DNA of 56,572 nucleotides, counting the filler, from Porpidia crustulata (taxonomy: Eukaryota): the NCBI GenBank assembly GCA_964255105.1. It is 6 parts of 6 records of this genome, joined end to end, with 100 filler letters (N's around TTAATTAATTAA, not from the genome) between each part and the next. Parts side by side here need not be neighbours in the genome. Positions count along the whole stretch, not along the records: positions 9,487 to 18,843 come from CAXUWE010000953.1; positions 18,944 to 28,294 come from CAXUWE010000954.1; 4 more parts are not named here. One strand, given 5' to 3'. The notes beneath the pieces were generated by a model. That model was not told where the DNA came from and did no database searches. It saw only the letters and a program-made list of their open reading frames with translations. The stretch's first letter is position 1, and every line of letters begins with the position of its first letter. Shown here piece after piece: positions 13,801 through 25,181 of this stretch. Made by a program: the position numbers and the translations under genes.

Positions 13801-16800
13801 AGATGATTGCTGGGTAGATGCCAGCCAAGAATTAAATTGCTCGGGGTTGCCGACCGTTGCCGACAAAGCGATGATGGGGCAGGGGGCCAAGAGTAGAAGT
13901 TGCTCCCAGACGACGCCATCTTCTGCTTGTCCAATAGAATGAATCTCGTCAAAAATTATATATCTTACTCTCGGCGACCAATTCCTTGCATTTGATGGCG
14001 ACAGTAGCATAATCTGCAGTATATCTATGGCGGTATCCAAGTTAGCAGGCTTGTCCAACATCGCAAAGATTGGCTTCGAATTCGGTGCTTCCGGCATCCG
14101 ATCCGGCATCCATACAAGCTCCACCGTGAAGAGACAGAAATGATTGGGGCATACTTACGAGGGACCGTGACCAATATCTGGCATCCAGCTGGATTATTTA
14201 TCCGATAATCACGAGTATGGATAGCCCAGACTGATTTCCCCGCATGTTTATACGTTTTCTTGAACCGACCTTGGATTTCGGCGGCAATCTGATTGACCAA
14301 TGCCTTAGTTGGTGCAACGTAGACTAACACACTGTCGTCGTTCGAACGTAGTATACGCTCCATGGCATAGAATGAGATAAAGGTCTTTCCAGCACTGGTA
14401 GGCGCAACCACAAAAACACTTCTCTCGGCATCTAGTTCATCCAAGACCTTCCGTTGCCAGCCATCTGGTTCAAAAGGCACACGAGAATCTGGCGCAGAGT
14501 CAAGATTTCGATCCATGTAAGGGCTGACAAACGATGAGCGAAATTTTGTTAAGCAAGGGCGGAAGGGAGAGCTTACCCGCCATGAAGCAGTTGAAAGTTC
14601 TGTGGATTCAGAGACACCGAAAATTGTTTGGTGTCTGTGAGTCGGAGATTGGGTTCGAAGGAAAGCTTCCGGTTGACAGTTTGTGGCGTGAAGTCCACCG
14701 CTGGTAATTCAAGAAGAGACACAATTTGCCTGGTGTAGTCTGCAATTGTATTGGTCAATCCCTCATTTGAGACCGAAAGTCTCCGAATATGGTCCCAAAT
14801 CAGTCCAGCAACACCAAAGAGCTCTTCCTTGCTCGAATTTTCTTCTTCCCTGTTTTTATTGCAAAGGCTTCTATAGATGTCGAGCAATACAGTGATCAAG
14901 TAGAAATCAATTTCCGCTTGAAGTATCACCCGCTTAGACTGAGGGAGATCTCGCAGGTACGCCTTTGTCTTGAGGTACTTTGATCGAAGCAGACGTTCTG
15001 CATCGAAGTTCTTTCGTACAGTATGCCAGGATGAGAAAGTCTTCTCGGTATTCTCACCTTCCTTGACAGCTTTACTAGCAGCGATTTCTTCGAGCATTTT
15101 CGCCTTCTTACCAGACCCTTTCCCTTTCGGCGCTGCTTTCGAAGTCGCATTTAAAGTCTGAGGTTGTGGCGCTTCTTGGGAAATTTTAATGACCTTTGAA
15201 GATTCGGAAACAGTAACAATTTCTGGCTCCAATACTTTGCCTGACCGGATCGATCGTCAGCAAAATCCGAGATCTTCTCTATACCTACACCTAACATACC
15301 CGCTGCATTTGTCAAGCTTGCGGCGTAAGCCTGCATCTCTGCCATGAAGAATTGGTTCTTCCTCAACGCCCGAGACTTTTCCCTCTCAGAAATAGGTAAG
15401 GCAAGCTTTGAGTCGAGACGACGTTTCGCATTGTGCCAATGTGAGACCTCGCGAAATATTCTTGCGGACTGGCCTTCAGGTAGCCTCGAGTTATTGATGG
15501 AAATACTGATCGACGCCAAATGCCTATCAAACACACGATTGGAGAAAGGTAATACTGATACATTTGAAGATGATTCTTGTAGGTCTAGATTCTCAAACAG
15601 AGCTACTGCAGTGTCTGAACTATTAGCATTTATGTTAACATGAAGTTGAACACCACTTATTTTATAAAGCACTTCCGTAAGCGTAATCACCCGCGATACC
15701 AGTGTATGAGAGAGGTTGATTCCCTTGAATCCTCCCGCCATCTGGTGGACGACTTTCTGGAAAAGTCGTCCGTCAATCAGATCAATGATGTCGCATGATC
15801 GATTAGCATCCACGAAAGCCTGTCTCCAGCAGTCCTCGTTCATGATGCGCCTAGATACAATAGCAAACGCTGAGAGAAATTGAACAACATGCGCGCCTTG
15901 GTCTCCATGTAGAGATGTCCATTGCTGTCGCCGGTTTGAGATTTTCAATTCCCCTATTAATACTGTATGTACGAGAAGGGCCAGAACTAAATCCTGGGAA
16001 CTGGGGTTTTTTTGTAAAATCTGGGCCAGCGTAAAGATTGTGAGAACAACTCTTTCCGTAAAAAGATCTTGGCCGTCGCCAGATTCTGGCTCTATGACGG
16101 TCTCGAACTTCGATAATTGTAATTCTAAACGCTGTGACATTTGAAGTCTTTGAGGACTTTGAGGTGGACTAGTATTCGGTATAATGTTGAGCTTTAGCTT
16201 TGAGCGGCGTGAACTCTCTACAACCATAGTCATAATCTTGTTTTGGCGTTAGAAGGTTATGGTAAAGAAATCGAGTAAGTATGACTACCTTGGTATCCGC
16301 CCATTCCAGCCCGTTGATTAGTGCCACATGATAACCTTCGTTGATTAGCCAGCAAATCATAGCTCTGAAGGCAACCTTTCGTGATTCATCTTGATCTTCA
16401 ATTCGGGCCCTCTCTGATTCAGACTTGGCCTCAATCGAAGGGTCTTGAGATGGGCGAACGGGGTTTGCTCCGTCGTGGCACATCACGAAGTAAATACCGG
16501 ATGTATTCAAATACTGCCGAAATCCGGGATCATCGAATGATTGAAAAGTATGTAGCTCGATAGAAGGTTGTGTCTTTCGAAGATGTAGTGACAGATGCCG
16601 AATGATTGCAGCCCTTGCTAGTAGGTATTTGATGCCATTCGAGGAAGACACGGCCCGAGGAATACATAGCTCTTCATGTCTATCGAAGAATACTAAATGG
16701 AAATTACACTTCCTCTGAACAAGGCCATTAAGGAAATGTTCCACAGCATATGTCGCATGAAGTAGCTGGAGTCCACCTAGAAGAGCTGTCAGCAAACAGT

Positions 16801-17110
16801 TCCGCGCGGAATATGTCAATGATACAACTCTATTCAGCTAGTGAGAAATGCATAATGAACGAGCATATGAAGGAACAAGGAGTAACAACCATCAAAGTCC
16901 AATTTTGGGTCACTGAAGCATTTGAGGAGTAAGGAGTCTCCTTCAACAAGGAACAATTCCTTGCCAGCGTAGTCTCCTACGAGATCTACTATTCTAGCTG
17001 GTAGATCTCCATACCTGTTCAAAAATTAGTATGAAATAATTCCATCGTTCAAAAGGAGGAGTATCCGACCATTCTAGAATCTTATCTTTACGATCACTCT
17101 CCTTGGCCAT
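10881..17110 (-). CDS. Large Ski2-like DExH-box RNA helicase, DDX60-like, multi-exon
   Basis: Start [43 protein letters not shown]. Motifs APTSAGKT (I), APTKALVNQ (Ia), DEIH (II), SAT (III), [18 protein letters not shown] (V) and [12 protein letters not shown] (VI). GT-AG introns join the ORF pieces, e.g. 14158-14025 restores VPHILQIMLL. Confidence 0.9.
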
Positions 17111-18003
17111 ACCGGGTCGACCAAGAGCAAAACCCAATCGATCGTCAGTTTTAGGAATTTAGATCAGGAGAGCCCCAAACTAATACAGAACGGAAAGATC
17201 GCGGTTGTCGTGGTTCTGGCGTGGGTTGCTTTATTAGTGCTGAATGAAAATCTAAATTGAAAGATACTTGTCAAAAGATTTCAGTCACAAATCATGAATT
17301 TCATTAAATCGTATCATCGAATTTTGAAGACCGTATAATTCTGTGGGATTTGCATGAGGAAAGAGGTGCTTTCGGTTTCGTGGCGTTTATATAACTACCT
17401 CGCTTGTCCAAGCGAGGAGCGAGGGAGGACAAGGCTACCTTCTCACCTACTGTGCTGCTCACCTGCTATGCTAATTCCAACCATATATCATGGGATAAGT
17501 GCCGCCATGCTATTATATTGTCACGCTGTAAATATAAGGGCAATGCATGTCAACGAGTAACATTTGCTAGTCTTTCAATATTGCCTTAGTAATTGTCATG
17601 CCGTTATATCATATGAAATCTCCCAAATCCTTGGCGAATGTCTATTTACCAAAGGTAGTAAGTGGCATTCAATCCCTCCCAAGTCCTCACAAAAGACTGC
17701 CGGGCGCTGCTATGCAGAGGATGCTGGCGATCCGTGCAGCATTGGGGTCATCCGAGTAGGGATGCCCTGTCTAGTATCAACGATATGGTTGAGCTTGGCT
17801 CTGATTATTGGTCAAGAAGCTCCTAGATCTTGACAAATCACATGCTTCTTGTAAAATGTGTCCAGGTTGTAGTCATGATACCAAACCATATTAGGTTCAT
17901 GGGATACGTGAGTGATCACTGAGGACGACTTTGACCAGATATTCGTAATTGAGCATTATTGTCAAATAAGTCCAGGAAATCACAGTAGTCACGAAGTCAG
18001 CGC

Positions 18004-18843
18004 TTAGCCGATCTTTTTCTCCAGTCTCTTCAAAAACCGGTTCACACCTTTGTCTACTTTTCCGGCTTCCGGAATTTTGTGATGCTTAACTTTGGGTGCC
18101 TCATCCTCGGTAGGTCGATAAACTTGATTATGAATATCGTAATCGTTACCATGCGGATGATATCCGTGATGTCGCTGAGCTTGGTCGTACTTGTGTTCAG
18201 AGAAGCCGCCCACAGGAGGTTGTGGCGGAGAATGGGTTGCAAGATAGTCTGCATATTGGGGTTGTAAGTGCTGCAAAGGTTGAGGCGGACCACTGACGTA
18301 AGAATCTCCCAGTATTTGTGTTGCAGGTGAGTCTAGAGGCTTCTCGGCCCCTGCGTACATATTGGCGTAAGGATCTTGTGGGGGTGGGCTAAATGTTGTA
18401 GTGAGCTGCTGGGAATGTACGGGTTTCGTGGGAGGGGCGCCAAAGGATTGAGGATTGGAATATGGGCTAGATGAGGGCCCTCTAAATTGGGGCGGAGGGC
18501 CTGGTAGAGAGGAAGTACTGGACATACGACGACCTTGTGTGGAAGGCGATGAATTGGTATGCCTATTAGACGGTGACGGAGATAGGTGTGAGGTGCGTGA
18601 TGGATCATGAGGCACATTAATATAGCTTTGCGACAACTGCGAATGGCTTTGGGGAGGGCTGAAGGAAGAAGCTGGGTTGGGTTGATCGTGATGTGCTGCG
18701 GCTGCAAGTCCAGTACCTGTTTCGGCTTCCGGGGGGGGAGGGGTCTTCTCGCGGTGTTTTATAGGTTCTGGAGCTGGGGGTGCGGCAGGATTGTAGGCAA
18801 GCGGTTTGAAGGCGGTTGAAGTCTCCCGTTTTGGCACAACATG
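18004..18843 (-). CDS. C-terminal part of a conserved Pro/Ser-rich fungal protein, 5' end truncated
   Basis: Blocks KPLAYNPAAPPAPEPIKHREKTPPP, DIHNQVYRPTE and KGVNRFLKRLEKKIG* resemble a Pezizomycotina family I recall (often labelled 'RRM-containing'). No RRM is visible in this fragment. Confidence 0.75.
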   Translation of the reverse strand, partial: HVVPKRETSTAFKPLAYNPAAPPAPEPIKHREKTPPPPEAETGTGLAAAAHHDQPNPASSFSPPQSHSQLSQSYINVPHDPSRTSHLSPSPSNRHTNSSPSTQGRRMSSTSSLPGPPPQFRGPSSSPYSNPQSFGAPPTKPVHSQQLTTTFSPPPQDPYANMYAGAEKPLDSPATQILGDSYVSGPPQPLQHLQPQYADYLATHSPPQPPVGGFSEHKYDQAQRHHGYHPHGNDYDIHNQVYRPTEDEAPKVKHHKIPEAGKVDKGVNRFLKRLEKKIG

Positions 18844-18943
18844 NNNNNNNNNNNNNNNNNNNNNNNNNNNNNNNNNNNNNNNNNNNNTTAATTAATTAAN
18901 NNNNNNNNNNNNNNNNNNNNNNNNNNNNNNNNNNNNNNNNNNN
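18844..18943. other. Artificial contig linker
   Basis: N44-TTAATTAATTAA-N44. Confidence 0.99.
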
Positions 18944-18960
18944 CGGCAATGAAGCAACAG

Positions 18961-21900
18961 TCAATAATCCGACGCCGAAACGTTAGTCGAGGAAACAAAC
19001 GAGTAATCCACCGCATCCGTGGTTCCATCGTCGTCAAACGTATACGTAGTACTGTCCACATAAGTTGTCTCGGTCACCTGCGAAGGGTCATCTGGGTTGA
19101 TCGTATCAACGGTGTCGGTCTCGGTTATAGTGTAACTCGGGTTCGCAGTAGTATCCATATATGTTGTTTCGGTGATCTGCGATGGGTCGTATGCGTTTGC
19201 CATGTCGATGGTGTCGATGTCGGTCATGGAGTAGCTGGGGTTTGCGGTCGCGTCGGTCGTGTAAATAGTGTCACGTTGACCGCCGATAGGTTGATAGTTC
19301 TGTTGCGAGTAAGAGTCCGAGTATTGAGACTCTGTAGAGTTGATTGCTGGCTGAGAGGGATATTGCATGCCCTGGTTCTGTTGTTGGGGATTGTATGTCG
19401 TTGTGGGCGCTGGCTGAGAGGGATATTGCATGCCCTGATTCTGTTGTTGAGGATTGTGCATCGCCATGGGTGCTGGCTGGTGGGGATTCTGCATCGTCTG
19501 ATTTTGTTGGTGGGTATTGTGCGTCACCGGATTATTGGGTCGCGCGTTATTGGTCGAAGGGATGCGGTGCTGAGGATTATTCGCCACTTGGGCAGGGTGC
19601 TGACCATTGTGCGCTGGCTGGTTATGGTACTGAGGCTTGTGTGCCGCCTGGTTAAGGTGCTGGTTATTGTGCAATGCTGGCTTTCTCTGCGGATTATTCT
19701 GGGCTACAGGAATACGGGCTTGCTGAGGATTCGCAGCGCCCGTGTACGGGACAGTCGCGTATCCTGTCTGACCTTGGTTTTGTATATAGGAGGCATCAGA
19801 ACTCGAAGGATCTGTCCAACCAGTAGGTGACATCAAGGGAGGACTGATGGCAGCTGTTGACGCCGAAGTTGGGCTAAGGCTATCGTTGGCAGTAGAATAC
19901 GAGTCTGCGGTCACATCTTGCACATCCAAAGGATCGTTCGATTGTACCATAGCAGGATCGAAGGTAGCTCCCGTATCTGTGCCTTCAAGGATGGTTCCCA
20001 TGTCAGCACTACCGAGGTCAGGGCTCCCAACATCAGGCAGACTCGTATCTGTACTGCCGAAATCAATATTGCTCAAGTCTGTATTTCCAAGATTCAAGTC
20101 AGGAGCGACTGCGGCCTTGAAGACCGAAAGTCCCAATCCCAAAGCTACTTTCTGCGCCTTTGGGTTGCGAGCCAAAACGTTGAGCGAAGACCGCATGTTC
20201 GCAAGATTAGTGGCAGCTGTAGTGGCAGCTGGCGCTGAAGCAACTTTTTGAGGCATCGAGGGTCTCGGTGCCGGAGCTGCCGTATATGGTCCGGAAGCCG
20301 TATGCTGAGCGCCAGGAGCTGCTCCTGCAGAAGTCATTGTTGCTGGCCGATGTACAAGTCCCCCAGGTCGTTGCCCGATGGTAGCATGGCTTGGACCAGC
20401 TGCTGCGGGCTTAACGGGATGCGTAGCAGGACTGGGTCTTTGTGGTGCTGCATGTACATTGTGTGGCACAGGTTGTATAGGCCGATTTGGTTGCCCAGCA
20501 GGGTTTGCTGGTACCGATCCTGGACTTGCAGGCGTATGGCCTGCAGAGGTCCTCAAAGGTATTGCCTGGTGAGATACGGGAGCAGGTTGTCTTGGTGGAA
20601 GAGTGGGTTGGTCTGGTGCTCTAGCCGGTGACGTAGGTTTAGTCCATTGAGTCGTCTTCGATAAGTGGTTGATATAGTATACACGTCCGTCAGCATGCTG
20701 CCCTGCTTCCCACCCAGCTGGCAACTTTTCATTCATTGGCAAGGGCTTATGCCATGTTGCAGCTTGTGTTTTACGATTCACGTAATACAATCTTCCAGTA
20801 TTCGTTTGTCGTAACTCATACCCTACAGGTGCAATACCATACACAGGACTGACATACGTGGCGGATCGAGTGTTGTGATCTAGGTAGTACGGTTTGCCAT
20901 GACTGTCAAGCATGGATGTCCATCCCGCAGGTAAAGTGTTTGGCACTTGCGGCTTGTCAAAGATGAAACTTTTGCTTTGATCTTCTAGATAATATATTCT
21001 GCCTTCTGTATTCTTCAGTGCTCGCCAGCCAGCTGGTAAGAACCCAATTTCTGGTCGAGCTTCATCTGATGTCGATCGGAAGTTGGCAGGCCCGTGAATA
21101 TGTTGAATGGAGGCATGTGGAAAACACTGATCACAAAAGGTTCCGTCACATGGACCAGCACATATTCTCATGGTATGGTCTGGAAATTCTGTATCACACT
21201 ATAAGCGAATATCTACTTCCATGGTTAGTGAACAAGACGTACTGAGCTTACAACGAGCACATTCTATAGTAATCTGGGGTTGATCCTCACGAAAGTGCTT
21301 CCGCTGGCAAGAACGATATGCTGAATGGATGGCAGTCTCTCGATCTCTTGGCCCCATGTAGGATATGTAAGCGTTGTGCTGAGGATGTTGATCCAAGGTC
21401 ATTCTATTAAGTGATGAAAATCCTAAACAGTAGGTTGTTAGCATTATAGGAGATGTGTCCTTGTTCGATGAACATACTGCCACTACATTGGCTACAGCCA
21501 AGCCCGCTCTGCGTATCATCCGAAACCGGTTGACGAACGACGGTGATGCATTCATGGGTTTGATCATGGGAATGCCAAGACTCAGTGTAACAGGGCTGGC
21601 AGAGTTTTACTGTAGCATCGAATTTGAACAAGCAAGTCTTACACATGAAAGCATACTGTGTTGGTCCGATGGCTTAAGACGTTCATTAATAACTTGTCAG
21701 ATATCAAGGCGACTTTACTCACAATTCGAACAACGGCTGCAGTGAGATATCACCGAATTCGTGCAGCATTCTTGATTTTGAACACTGTCTGGAATTTTCA
21801 GATGGTGGCAAGGGGCCTCGGATGTATTGAATGAGCTATGCTCATGAGATCCTTCTTTACTCAGGAAACAATCCTCGCAAAAGCAGACACTACACTCTTG

Positions 21901-22516
21901 ACAATCGTGGCGGCAATGGACTGGTTTGAGACATTGAGAGCAGCTCTTCTCGAACCTTGTAGCGTCTGGCGGTGTCCTTCTCGAAAACAGTCGGACCAAA
22001 GATTGCTCGTGGCTGGCAGGGTGAGCCCCATGACAACTGCTGCAGAAGTAGTATTGACAGAACCGGCATCGGAAGTATAAAACGTCGTATGAGATTCCTG
22101 ATCATTGTTAGAAATGGCCAGCGTGGAAGAAGATTATTTGCAAGCTCACCTGATTTACAGTGGTTGCAAAACTTGCAAGTGGACAAAGCCTTATCCTCTT
22201 GAACTCCATTGTAGCTTGGGCTGTCGCTGATTGATGACCTCTGTGACATTGTCCCATGCAAGGGCGCGCTGTTGTTCATCGGCTGCGGATGGCCCTGCGA
22301 GAAGGGTCCTGCAAGCTCAGCGGCAGGATATTCAGAGGGTCTTGAGCTCGGAACGGTATTCGTCTGCGAAATTGCAGATTGCGGACTTGATGGCTGCGAA
22401 GACACGCTGCCACTCACAGGCCGTCGGATGGGCTTTCGAATAACGCCCTGAGCTTTGGGATGAGCTTGTGGTGACGGAGACGATTGATTTGCTGTGGATG
22501 CCGGCGGAGTGCTCAT
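18961..22516 (-). CDS. Protein with several ZZ-like Cys/His zinc fingers, four WW domains and a low-complexity repeat tail, 5 exons
   Basis: Manual splicing gives CNHCKSGISYDVLYFRCRFCQYYFCSSCHGAHPASHE, CSQCLKPVHCRHDCQECSVCFCEDC..HEH, CSRCSN..CKTC..CQPC..HDQTH and CARC..CAGPCDGTFCDQC..HIH. Then WW repeats LPAGWRAL..GRIYY, LPAGWTSM..GKPYYLDHNTR, PVGYELR..GRLYYVN..TTWHKP and LPAGWEAG..GRVYYINH..TQWTKP. Confidence 0.82.
19054..19254 (-). repeat. Coding tandem repeat, 2 x 99 bp (33 aa, Thr/Asp-rich)
   Basis: DATANPSYSMTDIDTIDMANAYDPSQITETTYM / DTTANPSYTITETDTVDTINPDDPSQVTETTYV. Confidence 0.85.
19346..19521 (-). repeat. Coding tandem repeat, ~3 x 63 bp (21 aa, Q/N/P-rich)
   Basis: gctggctg anchors at 19346, 19409 and 19472. 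NPQQQNQGMQYPSQPA occurs twice exactly. Confidence 0.9.
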
Positions 22517-23568
22517 ATTGTTGTTACTCGCATGGTGTTACCAACAGGATCAACAAAGTTCCTGGACACGAGGCTGCGCACCAATTGAGCATCAGGCTGC
22601 GCGCCCCACATGGATTTGACAATTTGGCGCTCATCGCGATAAGTCAGCGAATGGGGACGGTGGATGCGGAAAGCCACGAGCGCCCCATTCTCTAAGATTG
22701 TTCTAGCCAGCCCATCCTTGCGACCACAGTCGTCTTTCTCTCCAGCCCTGCCAAGTCTGTATTTGGGCCATGAAATACAACGTCCAACTTTCTCGTTTCA
22801 AAGACACGAATCAATAACAACGTTGATGACACTTCAGCATGTTGACGGAGGCTTGCAACCACGTTCATCTACTCGTCTCGGAGGAGAGGCGCGTGAGCCA
22901 TGCTCTCTTGTCCTCGTCCTATCCGTATTGAATAACCGAAACTCGAAATCCGTATCCCTCTCCCCCGAATTATATCCCACATACGTCCATTAAGGAAAAG
23001 TATCCTATTAGTCATTGCTGTTAACTCACTAGGCCTCGGTCTAGCCTTGTGTGATTTTAATTCTACAAAGAATAAATTACCGCGTTGCGTGTAACTCTCC
23101 TATCGATATCGGCGTCGCTGTGGCAGTGTGAAAGCTTCAGACCCTTTCGTATGTATATCAAGTACGAGCTTTACTATGTCAGGTAACAAATTGCGATCTA
23201 TTCTCTTGGGTTTTTTGTGCCCGAAACACTCTGAAAGCTGGCTGAGGTGCTTGGTCTGGCTTAATATTTGTACACTTTATCCATCACGTTCGTAAGGAAC
23301 AGATATCCTTGAAAAATTCCTTTTCATATAGAATAGTCAATTCTAATTGATTGAGAGCAGGCCAGCAGTCAACGAGGGAAAGCGTTCGGCTTTTTTTCTA
23401 AATTTTAGATACTCTACCTAGTGAGATTGGAAACACGTAGTTCTAGAAAGATTCAAAACTATATCGTTGCTGATGCATTTCAGGGCAGATAACTCGACCC
23501 CTTCGCGGTTTGGCTTATTTGACACAAGCCATGACCTCCTGACAGTCAGTATCCACGATACTCTAACT

Positions 23569-24783
23569 TTATTTATTTATAATCCCCGGATCCCCGGAAA
23601 ACGCCCAATCTGGTAGCGGCTTCCAGTCCTCATTCAAGCATTTGGCTCTTGTCTGAGAACCCAACACTGAGTCCAGGAGTCGTATGCTATTCCATCGCAT
23701 CTCTGGATCCAGCTTGAGAGCCCCATAAACGCAAAGAGCAAGCCCCATGGAGCACCTGTCCTGAAGTCGAAAGAGCTGTCTTGCTGTTGGCTCACAACAC
23801 CAGTCCTCAAAATCACCCTTGTAGCCTCGTGGCATTTTTCTGATTGGAGCGTGTCCGCCAAGAATGAGGTAGTGCATAATGGCGCCCACGGCCCAGACAT
23901 CAGCTTCCCGCGAGGCCCTTGGAAGCTCTGGGGGTTGGAATTCTGGAGTGCCAGTAATTTGATCATCCGTTTCGTGGAGAGAGGCCAGACCAAAATCGGC
24001 GACGACGAGGGAGGGATATAGCGTCTTTCCAACAAACTTCGGTGGAAGACGGAGCAAGATGTTTGCAGGCTTAAGATCACGGTGTATGATCTTCCGCCAA
24101 TTTGGACGCTGCTTGGTCTTTGGACGGCGCGGATCGTAGCCATGGTGCATCCAGGCTACTGCTTCGCAGAGCTGGAGAAAGATGTGCCACAAAAATGACT
24201 CTGGAATCTGCTTGCGGTGGCGGTGATATTGATATGCCAATTCAAACAGATCTCCGCCGTCAAAATAGTCAAAGTAGAGCTGTGAGGACTTGGCAGTAGA
24301 AACCCAGTCTCGTAATTGTATTATGCGGTCATGGCGAGGGAGCAAATCTTGCAGTATTTGCACTTCGATGGGAGCACGTCGTTGCTTTGTACGGTGAGGT
24401 ATTGCTTTGCAGATCACAAGCTTTTTATCTTTTACACGTCGGAGTAGCCATAATTTTGCTTCTCCTCCCACTGTCAATGTTCTGACGGAAGTTAGCTGAT
24501 CTTTTTCTCGTGATGCAGATCTATCGAGGGAATATAATTGCTCGACGAAATCGGCTTTTTCTCGCAACCGGAGCTCTCCTTGGGATTTCCTTCCGAAATC
24601 GACGACATTTCTCCCAGGGTCTTGACTGTTTCCTTCGGGAGCCATCATTTTACTGGACACAATCAATCGTATCCTCGCTTGGGCTTTCTCGAAAAATCCG
24701 GTCTGGGCGCCTTGTTTCGGGGTATGATCATTGATATATCCTGGACCGCAAGCACCGCTCTGGGATGAGAATTCGAGGGCCAT
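23569..24783 (-). CDS. Intronless Ser/Thr protein kinase, NimA/NEK-like
   Basis: VICK (catalytic Lys), EVQIL, DYFDGGDL, IPESFLWHIFLQLCEAVAWMH, HRDLKPANI, DFG, GTPEFQPPE, DVWAVG. The true start could be the internal MMAPEG. Confidence 0.9.
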   Translation of the reverse strand: MALEFSSQSGACGPGYINDHTPKQGAQTGFFEKAQARIRLIVSSKMMAPEGNSQDPGRNVVDFGRKSQGELRLREKADFVEQLYSLDRSASREKDQLTSVRTLTVGGEAKLWLLRRVKDKKLVICKAIPHRTKQRRAPIEVQILQDLLPRHDRIIQLRDWVSTAKSSQLYFDYFDGGDLFELAYQYHRHRKQIPESFLWHIFLQLCEAVAWMHHGYDPRRPKTKQRPNWRKIIHRDLKPANILLRLPPKFVGKTLYPSLVVADFGLASLHETDDQITGTPEFQPPELPRASREADVWAVGAIMHYLILGGHAPIRKMPRGYKGDFEDWCCEPTARQLFRLQDRCSMGLALCVYGALKLDPEMRWNSIRLLDSVLGSQTRAKCLNEDWKPLPDWAFSGDPGIINK

Positions 24784-25060
24784 TGTTGTAGGATCGATTC
24801 AGACCGTTGCCAGGGGATGTGGAGACGAAGTCGAGATACAAAAGTAATTTAACAGACAAACACACTCTTTCAACAATCGCTTACAATAAAGGTTGAAACA
24901 ATCGGCATGTTCAGTGTATAAAGGAACAGAAACTCTTTCAGTCACGGTCTGACTAATGCCATTCATGACAATTGCCTGTCTCAGCGCAGAGTTCGGAAAA
25001 TTGAACAAAGATTTTGTTAATCATCATTAATAAACAACAATAACCACAAGCCAGGAGTCA

Positions 25061-25068
25061 TATAAAGG
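25061..25068 (+). promoter_or_regulatory. TATA box candidate (TATAAAGG) upstream of the small ORF
   Basis: About 120 bp upstream of ATG 25182 and followed by a C/T-rich leader. Confidence 0.45.
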
Positions 25069-25181
25069 CAACTCAGAATCATCCACTTGAAACTACCAAC
25101 TCTCTTCAAGCTTTGCGGTGTCACCAGTATCAATCTTCACAGGCTCACCTTCGCCACCAAAACTCCACCCTAAATACAGCA

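Noticed and set aside
18949..19830. 293-aa Arg/Val/Leu-rich plus-strand ORF with repeats
   Set aside because: Antisense of the low-complexity repeat tail of the WW-domain gene.
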